From the NCBI GenBank assembly GCA_963813715.1, contig CAWFAK010000005.1, positions 128,001-192,000 of the forward strand: a DNA stretch of 64,000 nt, in the 5' to 3' direction. How positions within the stretch are numbered: position 1 is the stretch's first letter; each line of letters starts with the position of its first letter. Source of the DNA: an uncultured Planctomycetaceae bacterium (GTDB lineage Bacteria; Planctomycetota; Planctomycetia; Planctomycetales; Planctomycetaceae). The notes under the pieces are model-generated. The model searched no databases and was not told the DNA's origin. It saw nothing but the letters and a program-made list of their open reading frames with translations. Positions 55,845 through 64,000 of the stretch are shown here, piece after piece. A program made the position numbers and the translations under genes.

Positions 55845-56897
55845 CTAGCTCATGGTTCCCCCGCAACGCAGCGGCGGACGCGTGCCGGCCCGAACCTTTT
55901 CTTCTGCGATTCCGCCCGCGTCGGCAGAGAACAGATAGGGAACCCCAAGAGTCGAAGCCAAACGCTCCGCCAACCGGGCACCGCCAGCGAAGTCGCTGGT
56001 TAAGAAAAGAGCCAGCCGAAGGTACTTCTGGCTCGGTTGGTTGGCGAGAACGAGCACGCCTTGGACGGCCCAGTCGCTCTGCGTTCGGCGGGGCTGGCCG
56101 ATGACGACCTTCCAGGGGCAAATCTGCACGGCCCTGACGACTTCGCGCGGAAACGCGAGGGCCCGCCTCGGAGTGTCTCCGATGAAGATCCACCTCACGC
56201 CGGCACTCACGTCCGCGTTCTCCGGTTCGGGTGGCTCCGCCAGATCAAGTTCAAGGTCGCTTCCGTTCCGCGGAATGCTCAGCCAAGAGAGCCGGCGATA
56301 TCCGGCGCGCATTATCAGGCCGATCAAGTAAAGCACGGTACCGCCGCAGGCGAGCGTCACGAGCGTTCCGGCCAAGATCGCTGGCACCCAGCCGCCAACG
56401 TTGAGCTGCGTGCGGAAGATCCAGCTCCAGAGGGCGGCACCCAGAATCAGAAAGGGGATGCCGAAGCCAAGTAAGAAGAGTCGGTCATATTGCCGCACCT
56501 GAGACGAGGGCCGGAGTTGCCAGCCGTTGGAATCTTCGATGAGCTCGTGAGTCAGTCGCCCGTGAACGACGGCGCCTTCGACGACGACCGGCTCCCGCGG
56601 AACATCCGGTAGCACGTCCGAAGCAGCATGGCGCACGCGTACAGGCGAGATCAAGCGGGGTAGCATCGACAGGCAAGCCGCGCTTCCGACCAGCGCGAAC
56701 CCTCCGAAAACCGCTCGCGCGACCCAACGCTGCGGACCGGCAGGTGCCGTCTGCCCGATCGTGAAGAACCCGATCACGCCGATCAGTAGAAATCCCGCGA
56801 CGACGGCCAGCCCGACCCAGAGGAGCGGCCGATCGACTTCCGATTCCACCTCACGCCAGGCGGGAGTCTCCAGCACAGCGCGTGTCCTAGCAATCAA
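55845..56897 (-). CDS. Hypothetical multi-TM protein
   Basis: 350-aa ORF with four hydrophobic helices. Confidence 0.6.
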   Translation of the reverse strand: MIARTRAVLETPAWREVESEVDRPLLWVGLAVVAGFLLIGVIGFFTIGQTAPAGPQRWVARAVFGGFALVGSAACLSMLPRLISPVRVRHAASDVLPDVPREPVVVEGAVVHGRLTHELIEDSNGWQLRPSSQVRQYDRLFLLGFGIPFLILGAALWSWIFRTQLNVGGWVPAILAGTLVTLACGGTVLYLIGLIMRAGYRRLSWLSIPRNGSDLELDLAEPPEPENADVSAGVRWIFIGDTPRRALAFPREVVRAVQICPWKVVIGQPRRTQSDWAVQGVLVLANQPSQKYLRLALFLTSDFAGGARLAERLASTLGVPYLFSADAGGIAEEKVRAGTRPPLRCGGTMS

Positions 56898-56920
56898 ATG
56901 CAGAATTATTGAGGACTAGA

Positions 56921-57508
56921 TCAGTCGCGCCCCACGCCATCCAGCAGCACGTCCACAATCTGCACGGCCACTTCTCGCGAGACTTCGGCTTCATCCTTGA
57001 TGGTCAAGATCACCCAGAAGTTGATCATCGCGTTGAGGGCTGTTTCCAGGGCTTCGACTTTGGTGGAGTCGATGAGGCCGGCGGTGGCGGCGCGGGTGGC
57101 CGATTCGTGGACGAGTTGGCCGCCGGTGCCGGCCGCGGCGAGGATGGCCGGGTGGAGCGGGCTTTCGTCGGGGCCGAAGAAGACCGAGTAGAAGAACTTG
57201 GAGAAGTCGCGGTTGGCGCGACAGTAATCGAGATGGCACCAGACGACTTCGACCAGCGCCTCGCGGGGCGGTCGCGGCTCTTCGATGACGGCTCGCAGCC
57301 GGGCGTAAAACGGCGACAGGAAGCGGGCGAGCACCGCCTCGCAAAGCCCTTCCTTGCTCTTGAAGTAGTAGTAGAGCATGGGCTTGGTGACACCGGCCGC
57401 TTCCACGATCTCGCGGGTCGACGTGGCCTCGAACCCTTTGCGGGCAAACAGCCCGAGGGCCGCTTGCAGGATGTCTTCCGCGATCGGGGTTGAAACCTGG
57501 ACTTCCAT
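56921..57508 (-). CDS. TetR/AcrR family regulator
   Basis: LFARKGFEATSTREIVEAAGVTKPMLYYYFKSKEGL; divergent from the RND operon. Confidence 0.95.
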   Translation of the reverse strand: MEVQVSTPIAEDILQAALGLFARKGFEATSTREIVEAAGVTKPMLYYYFKSKEGLCEAVLARFLSPFYARLRAVIEEPRPPREALVEVVWCHLDYCRANRDFSKFFYSVFFGPDESPLHPAILAAAGTGGQLVHESATRAATAGLIDSTKVEALETALNAMINFWVILTIKDEAEVSREVAVQIVDVLLDGVGRD

Positions 57509-57670
57509 GGCAGCGTACTACTGAAGTGCGTTCGCTCGACTGGGTGAGGACTGGCGGCCGATCTGAGCCCCGCCGGGCTGGCGGTCAGCGAGTTTCGGCC
57601 CGAGATTCAGCGGCTGACAATCCCCCGGAAAGAACGCGCTTGACCTAGGCGGCCGTTCTGATTTAGTTTA

Positions 57671-57688
57671 TTACCTACCGGTAGGTAA
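57671..57688. promoter_or_regulatory. Candidate TetR operator
   Basis: Perfect 18-bp palindrome TTACCTACCGGTAGGTAA, just downstream of a possible TTGACC/TAGTTT promoter. Confidence 0.8.
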
Positions 57689-57736
57689 AAAGCAACCCCT
57701 AAACCGAACTCCTTTGGCAGGCTTGTTGTTGGGGAA

Positions 57737-59068
57737 ATGAGTAAGACCAAAAATCGACTGATTGGCGCGGTCATCGTCGGGGCCGTCGTCCTGGCGGGGG
57801 CCTGGACGCTCGGATACGCGGGCTTTGGCGGCCCGGCGCGCGAGGCACTGCCCCCCGAGCCGACGGCCGAGCAAGCCCCGGCGGGCGCGGTGGCCGTCAC
57901 TTTGGAAAACGTGTCGCTGCGTCCCGTGCAGCGGACGATCGAAACCGTCGGCACGCTCTTCCCCTTCGAGCAGGTGATCGAGTGTGCCAAGGTCGAAGGC
58001 CGCGTGCGAAAGATCGCGCATGACGTGGGCGACCGAGTGAAGCCGGGCGACATGCTGCTCGAGGTCGATCCGACCGATTTCGAACTGTCGGTCCGGCAGG
58101 CGCAGCGAGCGCTCGAGGTCGAACAGGCCAAGCTCGGGCTGAGCGAAGCGCCGACGGGCGACTTCGACGTGTCGCAACTGCCCGTCGTGGTGGAAGCGGG
58201 TGCGAAGGCGGGGCGGGCCAAAGAGCGGCTCGACCGGGTTCGCATGCTCGTCGCGCGAAGCGCGCTCTCGAAGGAAGAGATGGGCAATGCCAACAGCGAT
58301 GCCCGCGCGCTTGAGGCGGAATACCAGAACCAAATCCTGATGGCCAAGAGCGGCGTGGCCACGGTGCAGATGAAACAAGAGGCCCTGGCGATCGTCACGC
58401 AGCAACTGCGCGATACGCGGATCGTCGCCCCGCGGCCTTCGGCGAGCGATCCCAACGTCGAGATGACGTACGCCATCACCAGTCGCAGCGCGGCCGAGGG
58501 TTCGTTCGTGCGGATCGGCACGGAAGTCTTCAAGCTCGTGATCGACCGGATGCTCAAACTCAAAGTGCCGGTGCCCGATCGTTACGTCGGCGAGGTGAAA
58601 GAAGGCCAGAAGGCGAGCGTGAAGACGGCCGCCTACGAGAAAGCGTTCGAGGGCACGGTGACGCGAATCAATCCGTCGGTCGACCAAGCGACGCGGACCT
58701 TCGAGGTCGAAATCCAGGTCCCCAATCCGGACGGCGTATTGAAGTCGGGCAGTTTTGCCAAGGCGGCCATCGTCACGCGGCGGGACGTCAACACGCAGAC
58801 CGTGCCGCTCGACGCCGTCGTGCGTTTCGCGGGCATCACGAAGATTTTTCTCAAGGAAGGTGACAAGGCTCGCGAGCGGCAAGTGACGCCGGGCGCGATG
58901 ACGGCCGACTGGATCGAGATTGCCAGCCCGAAGTTACCGACCGGAGCGCAGGTGGTGACGAGCGGCCAATCGCTGCTGTCCGACGGCTTGCCGATCTTCG
59001 TGCGACATCCGAGCGGGGCGGGCCCGCGGACCGCGAGCCAGGTCGAGGCGGAGCCGAAGCAGGAGTGA
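57737..59068 (+). CDS. RND efflux periplasmic adaptor subunit
   Basis: N-terminal anchor; DVGDRVKPGD, IVAP, RINPSVDQATRTF and LKSGSFA motifs. Confidence 0.92.
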   Translation: MSKTKNRLIGAVIVGAVVLAGAWTLGYAGFGGPAREALPPEPTAEQAPAGAVAVTLENVSLRPVQRTIETVGTLFPFEQVIECAKVEGRVRKIAHDVGDRVKPGDMLLEVDPTDFELSVRQAQRALEVEQAKLGLSEAPTGDFDVSQLPVVVEAGAKAGRAKERLDRVRMLVARSALSKEEMGNANSDARALEAEYQNQILMAKSGVATVQMKQEALAIVTQQLRDTRIVAPRPSASDPNVEMTYAITSRSAAEGSFVRIGTEVFKLVIDRMLKLKVPVPDRYVGEVKEGQKASVKTAAYEKAFEGTVTRINPSVDQATRTFEVEIQVPNPDGVLKSGSFAKAAIVTRRDVNTQTVPLDAVVRFAGITKIFLKEGDKARERQVTPGAMTADWIEIASPKLPTGAQVVTSGQSLLSDGLPIFVRHPSGAGPRTASQVEAEPKQE

Positions 59069-59123
59069 GCTGTCTGTCGGACTGCGACGCGGGGAAAAAA
59101 GACAATGAGAAGAAGGAAGGCAA

Positions 59124-59154
59124 AGAACCGGCGGGCTGACACCCGCCGCTCGCC
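59124..59154 (+). repeat. Dispersed REP-like element, copy 4
   Basis: AGAACCGGCGGGCTGACACCCGCCGCTCGCC, preceded by a purine-rich tract. Confidence 0.7.
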
Positions 59155-59211
59155 AGGTTGCTCGCCGGACTCAACTAGCACACTGCTTGCCACTCGACTC
59201 TTCGCTGCCCT

Positions 59212-62351
<3,140 letters not shown>

Positions 62352-62374
62352 GGGCTCGACCTCGATCAGTGCTG

Positions 62375-62445
62375 CGTAGGGCAAGCTGCCAGCTTGCTCC
62401 CATTTCCATTTCGTCGGCTTGGGCAAGCTGCCAGCTTGCCCTACG
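62375..62445. repeat. GTAG-type REP doublet
   Basis: CGTAGGGCAAGCTGCCAGCTTGC (62375-62397) and the inverted GGGCAAGCTGCCAGCTTGCCCTACG (62421-62445). Confidence 0.75.
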
Positions 62446-63115
62446 TCACCGACCGCGGTTACCACCCTCCGAAAACGGCGACAGGGAGTCAGGCCGTTTC
62501 TCCCGACTCCCTGCCAACCGCTGCGCGCTCGAAGTGCGGAGCACGACGAGCAACACCTACGAGTTCGTTGCGCTCACCGAGCGCAAGCGCTGCGCGGGTG
62601 AGCGAGGTCTCTTCTGGAAAAAGTCTCCGGCAACGCTCCGTGTCGAAATGTTCTGCGCCCGGAAAATGCTGGGCGCATCCCGGTCCTTGCAAACGGGCAA
62701 AATGCCCGCTCGGCGGGCCACCGCAACTCGCATGCCCGGGCCAGATTTCGAGACCGGCGGCTCGTCGCTTCGCAATTTTCTCGGCATTTTCCGCGGGAAA
62801 GAGCGGTGGCCGTCGAACCCGTCGAGCACCCGCTTCGCCACGCCCTGCCGCTTGTTCGTGCAGGCCTGCCTGAAGAATGCTGGAGGCGCGCGTCGGGCAC
62901 ATTGCGACGCTTCGCGGTCGCGGATCGAGCAGGTCGCCCGGTCGTTGTGGGCCCACTTCGGACGGGCCTTTTCGCTAAACGTCCCCGCGCAGGCACGTTA
63001 CGGCAATCGCTGGGGCGGCACACCGATTGCGACTTACGCCGTCACCACGCGGTGGGCCCGGTCGGATTGCCGGAGCTCCCAGCCGCTTTTCCCTCCCTCC
63101 CCGAGCACCCGCAGC

Positions 63116-64000
63116 ATGGCCGCTCCCAGCGTCTTTTTCGTGATTCCCACCCATCGGCTTCGCGAAGTCGGCGAGACGGTTAAAAGCTACGACGAGCATT
63201 TTTGGCGGAACGGGCATGCCGTGCGGCTGATCGTGTTTGACGACTCCAGCCCCGTGAACCAGGAAAAGTATTATCCGCTGCTCGAGCAGACGAAGACGCA
63301 TAACGAGCTGTACTACGTCGGCCCGCGCGAGAAGGAACAGTTCCTGGCCTACCTCAACGCGCGGCTCCGCGACAAGCGGCTGGAAGGCCTGGTCAAGAAT
63401 CTGTTCCGTCCCAGCTACGGCGGCAACCGCAATTGCACGCTGATGTACACGCTGGGCGGGCTGATGGTCTCGGCCGACGACGACATGCGTCCCTATACGC
63501 TGCTTGGAGCACAGCCCCGAAACGCTCGGGCCGGAAGAAGTCTGTCGCGGCAAGCTGGTGCGGACGGGGGAAAACGGCTACAGCAAAAAGTCGTTCGACG
63601 TGCTGGGCTCATTCCTCGACGTGCTGGGCAAGCGGGTAAGCGAAGCGCCGGACAACTACGAGCGGGGCGAGCTCCTGGTCGACACCGCGATGGACCTCGA
63701 GACCAACACGTCCAACGGTCTCGCGCGGCAAAACTCGCTCGTGCTCAAGCGCGGTCCCCTCGCGGGCGACGCGCGGATCAAGATGGCCCAGACGTTTCGC
63801 TCGGGCACCAACGACCTCGACGCCATCGACTACGTCGACATGTTTTTGGAGGACGACGACCAGACCGATCCCGACGCCCTCTCCGATTTCTACGTGCTCG
63901 TCAATTTTCGGCCCGTCGTCACCAAGAAGAACTGGCGGATGGACTGCGGCGTCGCCGCCTACGACAACTCGTTCGGCCTGCCGCCGTTCTTTCCGACGCG
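63116..64000 (+). CDS. Hypothetical protein with GT-A-like motifs, running off the window (not in the ORF track; frameshift near 63505)
   Basis: Manual translation: MAAPSVFFVIPTHR..LIVFDDS..SYGGNRN..SADDDMRP; after the shift ..FRSGTNDLDA..GLPPFFPT. Confidence 0.7.
   Translation, partial: MAAPSVFFVIPTHRLREVGETVKSYDEHFWRNGHAVRLIVFDDSSPVNQEKYYPLLEQTKTHNELYYVGPREKEQFLAYLNARLRDKRLEGLVKNLFRPSYGGNRNCTLMYTLGGLMVSADDDMRPYTLLGAQPRNARAGRSLSRQAGADGGKRLQQKVVRRAGLIPRRAGQAGKRSAGQLRAGRAPGRHRDGPRDQHVQRSRAAKLARAQARSPRGRRADQDGPDVSLGHQRPRRHRLRRHVFGGRRPDRSRRPLRFLRARQFSARRHQEELADGLRRRRLRQLVRPAAVLSDA

Noticed and set aside
62690..62765. c-di-GMP-I riboswitch (GGGCAAA..stem..CGCAA)
   Set aside because: Lacks the GNRA tetraloop, receptor and P1 pairing; only a superficial match.

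Overview
High-GC bacterial DNA whose gene content strongly suggests a planctomycete. More than 20 single-base frameshifts, including in housekeeping genes (purN, ackA, citrate synthase), point to an uncorrected long-read assembly, so split ORFs are rejoined here rather than called pseudogenes. Main contents: (1) a two-gene minus-strand unit at 14402-21271, made of an intact M48 zinc metalloprotease and a roughly 1900-aa protein with a catalytically dead kinase C-lobe, a DUF4011-like domain, an SF1 (UPF1/DNA2-type) helicase, a degenerate Vsr/MTES_1575-like nuclease and a WGR domain. This is the best candidate for an undescribed defence/conflict system. (2) A stand-alone acyl-AMP ligase-ACP-KS-degenerate AT PKS gene (8671-13833). 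(3) A complete Planctomycetes/Verrucomicrobia-type microcompartment (PV-BMC) operon (40884-50300) with a candidate DeoR operator, an inserted membrane gene, an in-frame TAG in one vertex gene and a downstream class-I-aldolase-like gene. (4) A TetR-regulated RND pump with a perfect 18-bp operator. (5) Housekeeping and transport genes, plus several REP-like intergenic repeat families. No rRNA, tRNA, CRISPR array or transposase was recognised. All domain calls come from reading motifs by eye; no database searches were run.
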